A DNA stretch of 63,199 nucleotides, filler included, from Sphacelaria rigidula (taxonomy: Eukaryota), in NCBI GenBank assembly GCA_964200075.2. It is 6 parts of 6 records of this genome, joined end to end, with 100 filler letters (N's around TTAATTAATTAA, not from the genome) between each part and the next. Parts side by side here need not be neighbours in the genome. Positions count along the whole stretch, not along the records: positions 21,103 to 31,552 come from CAXNAA020006469.1; positions 31,653 to 42,101 come from CAXNAA020006470.1; 4 more parts are not named here. One strand, written 5' to 3'. The position numbers and the translations under genes were made by a program. Position 1 is the first letter of the stretch. Each line of letters opens with the position of its first letter. Under the pieces are notes generated by a model. The model had not been told where the DNA came from. It made no database searches and was given only the letters and a program-made list of their open reading frames with translations. Positions 23,481 through 35,535 of this stretch are shown here, piece by piece.

Positions 23481-24381
23481 GACTACTTGTAGGTTTCCCT
23501 CCAGGAGGTTTCGTGGGGGGCTGGTGAACTAAAACAACAACGCCATCATCATCCGTATAAAGCATCCCTTTACGCGATAATTCAGTAACTTCATCCTGTG
23601 TGGGGGCTCGGTGGGACCCTACTGGCAAAAGAAACTCAGTTTCTGGAAAGGGGGAGGGGCATCCTTTGGATAGATCATGTATAGCTGCTCTACAAGCAGG
23701 TTCAGCTTGCTGTTCCCGAGCCCAATCGGCGTGAGAAAAGAGAGTCAGTTCCTTAAATACATTGTCGGAGGGGTTGTCTGAAACGCAGGGGATCGAATCG
23801 CTGTGGGATGGACACGACGCGTTATTTGGATCAAGGTCAGAAGGGGTGGTCAGTGTATTCTCAAACGGAACGTTCACCTCTATTCCTACGTTGTGGAGGG
23901 TGTCGGATGGTGTGGTACCGGAGGTGGTACCATCACGGGGTGGAGGAGGCACACTCGAGGTCTCGACTGTGGTGGGCAGAGGTGGTTTGGAAGGTGTCGA
24001 TTTTCTGGGGGCTTTGCGCCGTGGAGGTAGCGGGGGCGCAAGGAGGCTATCGGGGACTGGAATGGGGTTGAGGATCGGGAGGTCTGGGCCGGCTGCTGCC
24101 AGGGCGGCAGCGGTTTCCGCGGCCCGGCGTCCTCGGGTCCGGCTCAAGATGAGGTCTCGGACTTGAACCGGGAGGACGCAGTCGGTAGGAACCGGCTCTA
24201 CAGTGCAAACCATCCGATGACCAGACGCACAAAATTGATTATACCCGCCGATAGTTGCACGAATTTCACCCCTACCTGAACACAACGATCGTGGGGCCAA
24301 ACTGCCCAATACAGAAGCGTGAGCCGAAGGTGTCAGCTTATTTTCAACAAGTGACGAGTTGTGGTTTAGTGAGAGTGGATT

Positions 24382-27225
24382 TTAGAGTCCGCGATGACCA
24401 TTTGTGCTTTTGAAATATACAATGTCTTCGGTGGGGTCTGTGATGCGACTCAAGGCGGAATTGTCGATGGGTTGGGCTGGCAGGGGCAAGCGTGACAGGA
24501 AGTCGGCGTTTGCGTTTTGGGGACCTGTGCGGTACTTCAACGTGAAGCTGTAGGAAGACAGGATTTCAAACCAGCGTTGAACCCGGGCGTTGTGTTCCGC
24601 CATTTTGGTGAGGTTTTCCAAAGACTTATGGTCGGTATAAATCACAAACGGGAGGTCATACAAATATTGCCGGAGTCGGCGCACTCCCCAAACAATTGCA
24701 CCTGCTTCTCGTTCCATAACGAACCAGTTCTGTTCGTTTGGGTAGGTAGTTCGGCTCAGATATACAATGGGGCGAACTCCAGCATCGTCTTGTTCCTGTT
24801 TCAGTGTGCAGCCAAACCCAATTTTCGACGAATCCGTGTGCAGTCGGAACGGACGGGAGCCATTTTCAGCAGCTGACCAGTCTGGAAAAACCAGAATTGG
24901 TGGCTTTGACAATGTGTCGAGCTGCTCTCGTACAATTTTTTCCATTGCCGACGTGAACACGAATTTCACCCCCTTCTTGAGGAGGGTGGTGAGAGGTTTT
25001 AGAGTTTGGGCTAAATTTAGCAGATATTGACGGTAGTAACTCAAACCACCTAGTAAAGAGCGCAGTTGAGAGACATCGCGTGGCATGGGCATCTCTCTAA
25101 GTGCGGCAACTTCGTCGAGGTTGGGGCTACGACCTTCAGGGCTGATACAATGGCCTAGGAACTCGATGCGCGTGGCTCCAATGCGGGATTTAGATGGGGC
25201 AAGCTTCAAATTATTTTGTTCAAAACGAGCAAAGAAGGACGCCAAATGTTTGACGTGTTCAGCAGATGTACTGCCGTGAACCACCGCATCGTCGAGGTAC
25301 ATGCGGCATTCGAACAGTCCATCAATGACGCGAAACATCACGCATTGAAACGCTCCTAGGGCGCCGGCGGCACCTTGTGGGGTGACCAGCCACTCCTATA
25401 GACCTGACGGGGTGCAAAACGCCGTCAGCTCGATAGAGTGCGGATCCATCACCAGTTGGTGGTAACCGGATTGCATGTCGAAGTTCGAAAAAACTTTGCC
25501 CCCGCCGAGGGAGTCAATGACTTCATCTATCCGGGGAAGAGGTAGACGTGCGATTTTGGTGACTGCGTTTATTCGTTGATAATTGACGGTCAGTCGGATC
25601 TTACCATTCTTCTTCCGGACGACTACCAAAGGCGAGGGCCACGGAGACGTTGAGTGCCGTATTAACCCGGCGGACAACTACTCGTCAAGAATTACTTGAA
25701 TCTTACCCGCTAGAAGAGGGTTTGTACGGTACGGACGCATGGCGATAGGTGTCGTACCATCAGGAATGTTGATTTTGAACGGTATAGTGTTGCAGCGGCC
25801 TGAACCTGTTGACGATTTGAAAAACCGTTTAGAGCATCGTATCAAGATGGAGCGCAACCGATCAATCACCGTGGGTGCTCAACCCTCACCAGAAAAATCA
25901 AACGCAATGTGTCTCAAATGGGAGGGAATTTCATCCCATAGTCGTTGAAAACTAACACGTTGCTCTGGCGAGAATGTATCTAGTAAGGCGGTCGAAGGGT
26001 TTGTGCCAGGCGTATCAGTCGATTCGTCTACAACCATGGGGTCAGTCTTGTCGAACGAAGTGGAACCGTTTGTCTCTGAGCTGTCTGATGATGTTTGCGG
26101 TGGCACCTTCAGACATACATTCGACAAGGCTGCCCGTGGGAGGGGCGCTTGAGCAAAACCCAACAACGGACCAGGGAGGACATCGAGACATGCAGAGGAT
26201 GTGAGGGGAATGGATTGCCGACCCTCATGGACAAATACATCGGTCTCATCAAAGGGGGGAATACTGTCTAGGGTTTGGTTGGGATTGGTCAAGTCGATCG
26301 AGTACTGTCCAGTGAGGACGGAGGATCCGTTCCGTCTCACAAGATTCACATGGCTGCGTTGAGGTTCACGGGACAGAAAGACGACGTGGTCTCCAACATA
26401 ATACAGTCGAAAAGCATCACCTGTTTGTGTTGGGTCATCGACATAGGCCTGAGCTCCTGGATCAGCGTCGTGATGTCCCAATTTCAATTTGCCTGTCAGT
26501 GGTCGGTTCAAAACAGGTGAGTTTGTCGTGTATGTATGTGTGGAAAAACGTAGCCAGCTTTCACGTCCCAAGAGAACATCAACCGACATGGAACCATGGG
26601 GCACAATTAGTGCCCACAAAGCTAATCGTGCAGTGGGACTCGTGTCATCGAAGAATGACACACTGAGTCGTACTGATTGATTAACCGTAAGGGGCGTGGA
26701 GGCACCAAATCCGCCAAAAACACGAGGCGGAACAGTAGAAAGGCAATGTTTGTCTGCTGCTCCAGCGTCCATCATGTGTTGCCAGCAGCTGGCTGTGATG
26801 AAAGTTTGTGGCGAGCCAGCTTCGGGCAGGGCAACGGCCATCAAAGAGCGTGTTGCATGCACTCCACTATGCATACCTATTCGGGTTCTGAAGGAGGTGT
26901 CATCCATGAGTGCAGTTCCACTTACCAAGTCCGGTCCGTATTCCGACAAGTGATCTGCAGCCACATCGCTCTTGTGTTGTTGGGCAATAGTACTAAAATA
27001 GATTCGAGATTGATCCTCCGGAACGAATGTGTTCTCCGAAGGGCCGCCGTGGCACGGGGGGTTTTGCAGGGCGTGTGGTGCAGTAGACGAAAGTTGGATT
27101 TCGTACACAGTCAGGGATGGACGACGCCTAGGAAAGGAAATGGATGTGGATGTTTGCAATATTTTTTTGAAGCTATGAGAAACAGGGGAGAAACAGTCCT
27201 GATTGTACTGCAATGTTGACGGCAC
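24382..27225 (-). pseudogene. pol: Gypsy pol: protease (catalytic motif decayed), RT and RNase H
   Basis: VALPEAGSPQTFI (vs LLDSGS in the sister element), DVLLGRE; SPLVVVRKKNGKIRLTVNYQRIN, FDMQSGYHQ, MYLDD, LHTDSSKIGFG, YTDHKSL, NADFLSR; in-frame stops at ~25678 and ~25396. Confidence 0.92.
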
Positions 27226-28337
27226 AGCCGGGTTTAGTCGGCACCATGAGACATAAATGCAGGGCGTAGCGAGTTTACTGTCCCCACAGTTGTCAACGCT
27301 ACTTTATTTTTCAACATAGATTCCGACGGGTCGGCAGGAAGCGGTGCTGATCTGTTCGGGATCTGGGAAACACCGACCTGTTCTACGACAAGGCCTTCAT
27401 CCGCTGTGCCCGGCACCCGGGCACCTTCTTGGTGGGCGGATGCAGCGGCAACTACAGGTTTATTTACAGTGTCATCCGGAAGAGCCTTCTCCTGATGTCG
27501 CGTATAGCGCACTGTAGAGACGGCTGTTCCAGGGGCTTTTGGGAAGTTGGCAAGGGCAGTCCGTTCGTGGCTACACGAGTGGCGCTTGGTCGGCACTGTC
27601 GCTTGGGGTTCCTTCCCACCCCGCTGAGCTACGGAAAGCAAGGGTTCGGCACTGGCGCGCGTAGTGCACGAAAAATTACGCTCACCAAATAAAAGGGGAC
27701 CGGGCACATGCGGAATTTCGCACGCATGTGTTACCGTGTTCGACTGGACTCCTGAGTCCTTCTCGGGGCTGGGGAGTCTCTGTAAACGTTTCATCCTACG
27801 ATGAACGGTCGTAGGGGTAACAGCTACCGTATCAGAAGATGTTCCTGCTTCTAAGGCGGTAGGCGCTATGCTACACGACTGCCGATTCCGCGGGGCGATC
27901 GGATCCAATTGGCGCTGATTACTACCACTCGGAAGTACAAGTGGGTGATCAGATCCAGTATGGAAACACTGGGGTTGGTCATTGCGCATTTGGGAGTCAT
28001 GCAATGTCGCACGGGACTGTGCTGCCATGGAACCCGTCATAACAGAACGGTCAACGCTAGCGTACCCACACCACAAGCGAGAACCCACGCTGGCCGACGA
28101 GGATTTTGTTAAGTGGTGATGGTGCACTGGCTGAGTGAAAGAAAATGTATTGCCGCGGTTTGTTGTTGAAGGTTGGTGGGGCCCGACTGTGGACCTGTGG
28201 TCGACAATGGGGTTTGAAGAAAAAGTGTTATTAAAATGTAAAGAGGGTGACGGCGAAGTGTTACAAGCGGTCACACACGTAGAGGTACCCCGTCGGTGAT
28301 TTGGAAACGCGGGGTGTGGTGCGTTTCCCAAACACCG

Positions 28338-31127
28338 TCAGGTTGTACGTTTGGCATCGGTAGAGTCGTGGGTGCCATTCTGGCGGGCTGTGTTCGGGGC
28401 AGTAGATGTGTTTGTGGGGGGGCTAGGAGTATTTGGGTGTTGAGTCTGGTTTGGCGGTTGAAAAGCGCCAGAATGGGCGGGGGGTACGTGGGAGGGGGCC
28501 GCGTTAGCGGGCTGAGCGTGAAAATAGGGATGTTGGTAATGAGGGGGGGCGCGAATTTCACCCTTATAGTGGAGATTGCCGCGCCGGGGGCGTTGGTATG
28601 AATTGCGGGCGCCGCTGAGTTGAGGGCGACGGTAAGACCGCATACGTGCTTGCCAAGTTGGCCAAAAGTGCGCAAACTGGGGCTCGGAGAACCTGGGGTT
28701 TAGTACCCCAAATGCGTTTGTGAACGGGGCTTCGCAGTGGCGCATCGAGTGCGTTGGAACTTGACCATCTGCGGAGTACCCCGTCTGAGAATTGAATCAA
28801 GTGCCACAGTTCAGGCAGTGCTCTTTGCAGCGCCGGATTACATCTGATCGAAGGTTAGGGTCTCCGTTACTGGCCCAGAGGGGGGGGGTCTGTTGTGTTC
28901 ATCGAAGTGCTTACCTGAAACACTTCCGGCCAAATTTCCGCCGCGAAGGGCCAGCTTGGAAAACGATTGTTGAATGCGTCTGGGGTGTGTGCGAACATGA
29001 CCTCCCCAGTAGAGGCCATGGACGCAGGAATCCATGGGCGTTGGTTTGTTTTAGAAGGTGGTGGTTGGGAGTGAGACGCAGGGGGGCGGCAACTGGGTGA
29101 GGCAAAAGGGTGGTGGAAGCATTGTGGCTGTGCCGTACAGAGGGGCCGTTGTGAATGGCGGAGGAGCCACTCTGTTTTGCATCCGTCACATCTAATGCCG
29201 GAGTGCGGTTGGACCGGAGTTCATCTAAATGCGTCCACATAGCGTTCAAGGTTGAAAACGAGACCGGTGAAGTAGCTGCGGTACCGACAAAAACGGTCGG
29301 CATGAGGCTAAGGTATTGGCGTCCCATATTGGAACGGAAACGACTCATCACCACTTCTTGTGATGGAACAGGTTCGCTGCCACCGTTTACCGTAACCGAA
29401 ATCAAAGTGCGAAATTCCTTGAGGTAGTGGTCAAAAGGGGTGTCGACGGGTACTTTAAACGATAGTAGGCGTTCGAGTGACTCGCCTTCGTGGGTGGTGT
29501 CCAGGGATGAACTGATGAGTCTGAGAAGGAGGGTAAAAGCGGCGTAACCGCCATTACCGAGGGTGAGGGAGCGTGCGGCTTGTGCGAAGTGGTGATCGAG
29601 CATGTTGGACAATTTAGATGCCTCGGGAGAGCTGAAATCGATGGCATCCTCCAAAGCCTTTTGTAAGCGTCGAAGCCAGCCATCTACCCAATTACTGGTC
29701 CCAAGGTCGACGAATGTATCGTCGTAGTGTGAGAGGATATCAGTAACTATAGTAGTGAGGGATTGTCGTAACTGGCTGCAGGAAAGGCTTACATCAGATC
29801 CCGCCGGAAAGGGTAGTGAAGGCTTGACTTTGATCTGAGAGTGACGCTGTTTGGTGACAGTGGATGATAGCGGAAGGAAATCGCTCAAAGTGGGGGGCGC
29901 CGGACGTGAAGCGGCCGCACTCGTGTCATTATGAGACCCGTCAGTGCTGTCCGGCTCACTATCGAATGAAGGGCGACGATGACGGCGAGGTCGTGACTGC
30001 TGCGAAATGTGAGATTTACCACTATCCTTGAGACGGTTTTTCCCTTTCCCTTGAACAGTCCAACTGCCGCCACTGTCCGTTGAATTGTGCCCTACGTGAC
30101 CTGTGTGAAGGTGACTAGTGGCAGTAGGGTGTGAACGGTCCATACCATCAGCAGGGCCGTGTACTGCCATGCGTACCTGCTCAATTTCCGTGAACAGCCC
30201 GATGAGGGGCCCGACGCACTCATGCCGTAGCGCGAGGCTAATTTCGAAACGAGGGTTTGAACGTATGCATTGAACGACGCCTGCCAACGTTACGGTCTCG
30301 GTGTGTTTCGGAAACCAATTGAGGATCTTCATCGAACTGTCAGTGACGGGAACAGTGAGGCGCTGTGCCTGACACGCGTAGGTAAGGAGGGTGTCAGGGT
30401 CGTGGACAAAATCGTAGAGGGGAATAGCTGCTAAAGTTTCTACACCAGAAAGATGAAGACCGTCGGAACGAGTAGCCTTAGGAACCAGCGTTGGGTGAGT
30501 GGGTTTAGTGTAGAGTGACTTGTTCGCTGTGAAGGCAAATGTAGGGGGCGTTTTGCCGCGGTGAACTTTGGGGGGCACACCAAACGTGGTTGAAACGCCG
30601 GGTGCGATCGTCTCAAGTGGCATGGGAGGTAGTCCCGTGGCTAGAGGGGCGACATTCGGAGTGGCATTGGAAAGTGCAGGTGAACCAGTGGATGAGTGAT
30701 CAGAATCGGAATCAAGGTCGATGGGATCACGGGTGAGCAGACGTAACTGTTTCATCTGCTCGTCCAGTGAAGATTGAATGACGGAAATGCGATAGGTGGA
30801 TTGTTCCGCCGTCGCATTGTGCTGTTGTAAAGCTTATTCATATTGGGCTTTAGCCGCCTGCAAAGTCTTGGCGGTTTCCCGGAGGAGGCGGGCTTCTTTG
30901 TTCTGCCCCTCCGCCAAGGCTTTGCGTTTGGGTTCGACCTCACGACGGACGCGCTGGATTTCTTGAGCGTGCTCGAAAGCTTCACGGTTCTTACGTTCTA
31001 CTTGCGCTTGTACGGTCTGGGCCAACAAGTTGTCCCAGTACGCGGCTTGTTCCCCGCGGGAAACTTTATCCCACGCATGGGCTGAAATAGCAGCGGGACG
31101 GCTATGTTTGAACTGGGCCTTGAACAC
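28338..31127 (-). pseudogene. gag: Gag-like ORF (interrupted)
   Basis: ORFs 30834..31127 (coiled-coil-like), 28911..30755 (WVDGW, FDHYLKEFRTLIS) and a knuckle CLNC..HSMRHC at 28734-28817 homologous to the contig 2 Gag. Confidence 0.78.
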
Positions 31128-31136
31128 GGGATCTTA

Positions 31137-31552
31137 CAAATTGGGGATGGATCTTTTATTGGGGATGAGAAACCCGGAGACTTAAAATCTTCGTATCCAC
31201 ACCAAATCTTCGAAATATGGTTCCATTTCTTCACTTGCTGGTAGCTACCGACAACCACTACACGCCATAGTAATTTGGATTTCGATCACTGAAATGTTGG
31301 GGTCCTAGGTGAAAAACCAATTTCGGAACCATTTTGGCGTCCGTTTGGACACCCGAAATTCCCCAAAATTTCTTTTTCACCTAGGACCCCAACATTTCGG
31401 TGATCGAAATCCTAATTTTTATGGCGTGTAGCAGTTGTCAATAGCTATCAGTGGGTGGAGAAGTGGAACCATATTTCGAAGATTTGGTGTGGATACGAAA
31501 ATTTTAATTCTCCGGGTTTCTCATCCCCAATAAAAGATCCATCCCCAATTTG
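31137..31552. mobile_element. 416-bp foldback MITE (near-perfect palindrome), preceded by TA
   Basis: CAAATTGGGGATGGATCTTTTATTGGGGATGAGAAACCCGGAGA is the exact reverse complement of the contig's last bases; arms pair for ~180 bp; interrupts the 5' part of gag. Confidence 0.9.
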
Positions 31553-31652
31553 NNNNNNNNNNNNNNNNNNNNNNNNNNNNNNNNNNNNNNNNNNNNTTAA
31601 TTAATTAANNNNNNNNNNNNNNNNNNNNNNNNNNNNNNNNNNNNNNNNNNNN
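31553..31652. other. Artificial contig linker
   Basis: N44-TTAATTAATTAA-N44. Confidence 0.97.
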
Positions 31653-32146
31653 ACGTCTGTGACCACGGGTTCGCGAGATCGGACTAATGTGCGGAAATAA
31701 TAATAATAAAAATAAATGTGACAGCACGCTAAAACAGACACGATTAGCCTTCCAACGGGCTAGGGGTACCCCGAGTAAATTTCAAAATCGGGAATGTTCT
31801 GATATGTCCTCTGGTGTAGCTCCTAAGTTTACGAACCCATCCATGAGAGAGATCTGGACACAAACGTGCAACCCCCACCATACCATGACTCCGCACTTGA
31901 GCAACACGAACGAGGCGCACAATCGAATAAAGGTCGCCGGATCGGTCAAAAGTAAAGTGTTGAAAACTCTGAACAACTCGAGCCGGTGTTTCACAAACTT
32001 TCCTATCATCCATAGGTATAGTATAGCCCAATTCCATCTTGCTGACCCACAATTAACAACGGGGCTAACGGGGCCGCGGCGGCGACGGCAGGGGTCGTAC
32101 GCCGAACCCCGTGTTATTATTCATCATATTGCACTTGTATTAGATT

Positions 32147-32591
32147 TTTTTCCCCGAGATTTACCTCAAAGTCTACGCTGGGCTGCGGGCTGCAGCACAC
32201 GAGATAATACTACGGTGTAACGCGTTGAACTTGAAGCAGTGTCTCTTGGGATTTCCCTGATGTAAAAAAAAACTGTTTTTGTGATTTTTTACGTGGCGTT
32301 TTACGTTACATGTTCACGAAAACAAGCAGAGTTTTCGTCACATTTGGAAAGTCAAACGCTATGTTAGGGTTCATCCGAAGGACCACACGTTACATCAAGT
32401 TACGTTACATTTGTCTCATCCAAAAAATCAAACCTCACGTAGCGTTAAATGACCCAAAGTTACTTTTTTTTCGAATATGCCACGTAAAACGTCACGTGTA
32501 ACGTGTATATCCCTGCTTTTTTCCGAGATTAAACTCATAGTCTACGCTGGGCTGCGGGCTGCAGCACACAAGATAATACTACGTTGTGACC
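32147..32591 (+). repeat. ~75-bp direct repeat pair (32147-32221 and 32517-32591)
   Basis: CCGAGATT.A.CTCA.AGTCTACGCTGGGCTGCGGGCTGCAGCACAC.AGATAATACTACG.TGT present twice. Confidence 0.85.
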
Positions 32592-33207
32592 GTGCTGTAT
32601 ACCCCGGAACGGCGGTGCGCGCGTTTGGTTGTTCTCGCGGTCTCAAGACTTTCTGTAGATTTGGTTTGGATTAGTTTCAAGGTAACAGTGAAGTAAACTT
32701 CATATTGATCCTCTCCAAGAGAAGTCTAACTGCTGGGGAAGAGTACGAGCCCGCCACATGAAAACTTCAAATATTAGCTTGAAGCTGGCGTCTTCGTCAC
32801 GAAGACAGATTTCCATTTTTGAGGTGATGAAGCTTTTTTACAAGTGCTTTCATGTACACGAGTGCTTCTGCAGCATAGAACCATTTCTTAATTACTTCAC
32901 TGTTACGGGAATGGACAAGAAAAGAAAATAGGAATAATGCTCTCAGTATATGTTTTTGGCCGTGCAGCGGTACGATGATGGCCGGGCCAAACAGCACTTT
33001 TGCACAAGATTCCAAATAAAGCTTGTCGGGGGTGCAACCCAAGGCCCCCACCGTGAACTCCCCTCGACGTCTCTCAACATATCACCATAAACTGCAAGAC
33101 CTCAACTTCCCAACCAAAAGTTGCTCGTTTCCAACACTCCCCGAAATCTGCAGAAGAGCAAGGCAAGACAAGACAACAGAATCAAAACACAAAAAACAAA
33201 AACGCAC

Positions 33208-34334
33208 CTCTGATTGATCAGCTTGTACGTGTCGATAAGATTCACGCTCAGCTTGAACGCCAGTCGTTCACTGGCCGCCCTCGCCACAAAATCCGTGGTA
33301 CCGCCACTGCCGCCGCCTCTCCCGGAACCCCCCGGGACTTCCCCATGCCCACCCGTCGCCGCATCCATATCCGACACCGCTGCATCCCCATCGCTCACGT
33401 CTCCCAAACCTGCACCTGCCACCGACGCAGCCGACTGTCCACAGACCCTACTGACAGCCGGGTCTTCCCCAGTACCAGCCCCATCTATTCGCTCGTTGTC
33501 ATACCCGCAATGTCCATCGTACACCGAATCGGTGTCCATGATATCAGCTCCGCTGCTCCCACCGCAGGCCGCTGCTACTTGTACGTCCACGATTCCCGCG
33601 GGGCCAGGCCCAGAACCAGCGCCGCCTCCAACGCCACGGCTGCGCGTACGCAAGCTCGAATTCTCCCGATTGGAAAGGTCCGATCCTCTGCCGTCATCCT
33701 CTTTCAGTTCCTCGTGCCGTCGCCCCTGCTCTGCCACAAACTTCCCTGCGTCATCACGTCGGCTACTCCTCGTCGGCGCCTTACCCTTACTACTACTGGT
33801 GTTGTTATTACTAGCACTAACCTCCTCCCCCGCCTCCCGCCGCCGATCAGCAACACCTCCACGCACTGGAGAACAACAGTACCTGCTGCCACTAGTTCCT
33901 ATTGTTCCCCCCGCCGCCGCCGCTGATCGTCCCCTTACCCTACTGCGCTCTGCCGACACCGCCGACCGCCCTCTAACCCTGCTGCGCTCTCGTGGCGCCG
34001 GCCGTTCCGTCTCGTGATCCGCCACAACGCCCCAGTTACTGCTGTTCATGACCACCTCCGACCCTTCCGCTCCGCTAGCCGTCGTGGGGCCCCACACCTC
34101 CGCTCCCGCCATGCCTCGTCCACGAGCGCGGTTGGGCCAACACCCACTTGCTGCGTTTCCTGTACTGCCGTCGGCGCCTCCGGCGGTACTGCTCGCACCG
34201 ACAGCCCCCCTGTTGGTTCTACTGCAGCCCCGCCCGCTGCTACCGTCTCTTCCGCGCACGCCCACTACCGAGTTCGAAGCGCCCACCCCCCATTGGCTTG
34301 CATCCGGCGAGCGCTGGTCGAGGTCTGCCGCCAT
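33208..34334 (-). CDS. DYRK1: First coding exon of a DYRK1/minibrain-family dual-specificity protein kinase (kinase domain outside the contig)
   Basis: ATG at 34334 preceded by an in-frame TAG; long Gly/Ser-rich N-terminus ending in RLAFKLSVNLIDTYKLINQR, matching the DYRK1 pre-kinase motif (KLSVDLIKTYKHINE); donor AG|GTGCGT at 33208/33207 (phase 2); candidate upstream acceptor TTGACAG at 34487. Confidence 0.8.
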
Positions 34335-35419
34335 GCGACGACGCTATGAAGCGCGCTGTAGTAGCAACAAGGCCCACAACCGAAATGAGGGCTCCGCCAC
34401 AGCAGCACCGACAACGATAGTGGTTCCGATTTTGTTGCGTTGTCTTGTTTTGATTGACTCGATTTGTTTCGTCTGCGCTTTCGTCCCTGTCAAGGAGAGC
34501 GTGGCAAGAAGCAGATGACGCACATGTGAGAGGGGGCACCCAGCGGTTTTAGATGTTGGGTGTTGTCCTTGATTCTTCCACTAAAACCTCGAACAGCAGC
34601 ATGTTGGGGATGGCAACCACCGCAGAAGGGTTGCGGTGAACACGAAGAACTTGCTTCAAGTTTCCAATTTCCAAAACTGGGCGCGTACAGTGCAGTAGAC
34701 GCGCTGTGATCTTGGGACAAAATTGCAACATGTGATTTAATATTTTGAAACGCACATGAGGTACTCGGTATTTTTCTCCTCCAAGGATCGCCTCGCCGAT
34801 TACAGTCATGGTCGTGCTACTGTATTTCCCACACGAAAACGTTACAATAGCGAGCCTTGCCAAACGTAACAAATGCTATATGTTTCGTCAATTCGTGCCG
34901 TACGGCAACGCCACGACAAAGGGAACGGAAAGAGACAGGCCAACCGGCACATCCAGGCTCTGTTGAAAACACAGAATACTTCCATAGTGTGCATGATGAA
35001 AGTAGTAGAAGATTGACGACAAGCGGAATGTTTTCTGCTACTCCTCTTCAGTCACTAGACTGCGGAGCCCGATACTCCCGCAGACCCACTCTGCAAAGGC
35101 CTGGCGAATACCAAGTAATTCCGTTCAACCACTACCCTGCTCGCCATCGCGGGGGTACGATCGAGCAAGTCAGGAGAGCCTCTCGCCCCAAGTTTTCCAA
35201 TGCAACACCCCCAGAGCCTCGATATTCGAGACATCGGTTCAACGTTTCAACTATCGCAATTTGCAGTCTGGAATCGGTGCTTATGCACAGATTATTATAC
35301 CACGCACCTCTTCTTCAGCAAAGTACTGTGTAACTCGAAAATATAGGAGTGCACGTTTGGGTACAAAACGCTCGTGTCGGAGGAATACTCATGTGGGCAG
35401 ACCCTCTCGTTCAAGTTAA

Positions 35420-35535
35420 CCCTTAGACCGCGAGGTTAGTCTTTCTGGATCATGCATACTCTTTNNNNNNNNNNTACTCTTTTCCACTTGAAGTTGATGC
35501 CGATTCAACAGAAGACTAACCTCGCGGTCTAAAGG
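35420..35535. mobile_element. piggyBac-like element (both ends present, interior lost in a 10-N gap)
   Basis: TTAA|CCCTTAGACCGCGAGGTTAGTCTT...AAGACTAACCTCGCGGTCTAAAGG|TTAA: ~24-bp TIR with one mismatch and TTAA TSD. Confidence 0.85.

Larger units (their letters stand above)
21103..31136 (-). mobile_element. Decayed Ty3/Gypsy chromovirus-like retrotransposon (gag-PR-RT-RH-IN-chromo-Tudor-like), same lineage as the contig 2 element
   Basis: All domains are in Gypsy order on the minus strand, with multiple in-frame stops and frameshifts; T-rich 3' UTR 21103-21557; LTRs outside the contig. Confidence 0.94.

Noticed and set aside
10552-31136. Tandem or nested pair of Gypsy elements
   Set aside because: They sit on separate contigs; the adjacency is artificial.
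33214-34017. 267-aa plus-strand Pro/Ser-rich ORF
   Set aside because: Antisense shadow of the GC-rich DYRK exon.
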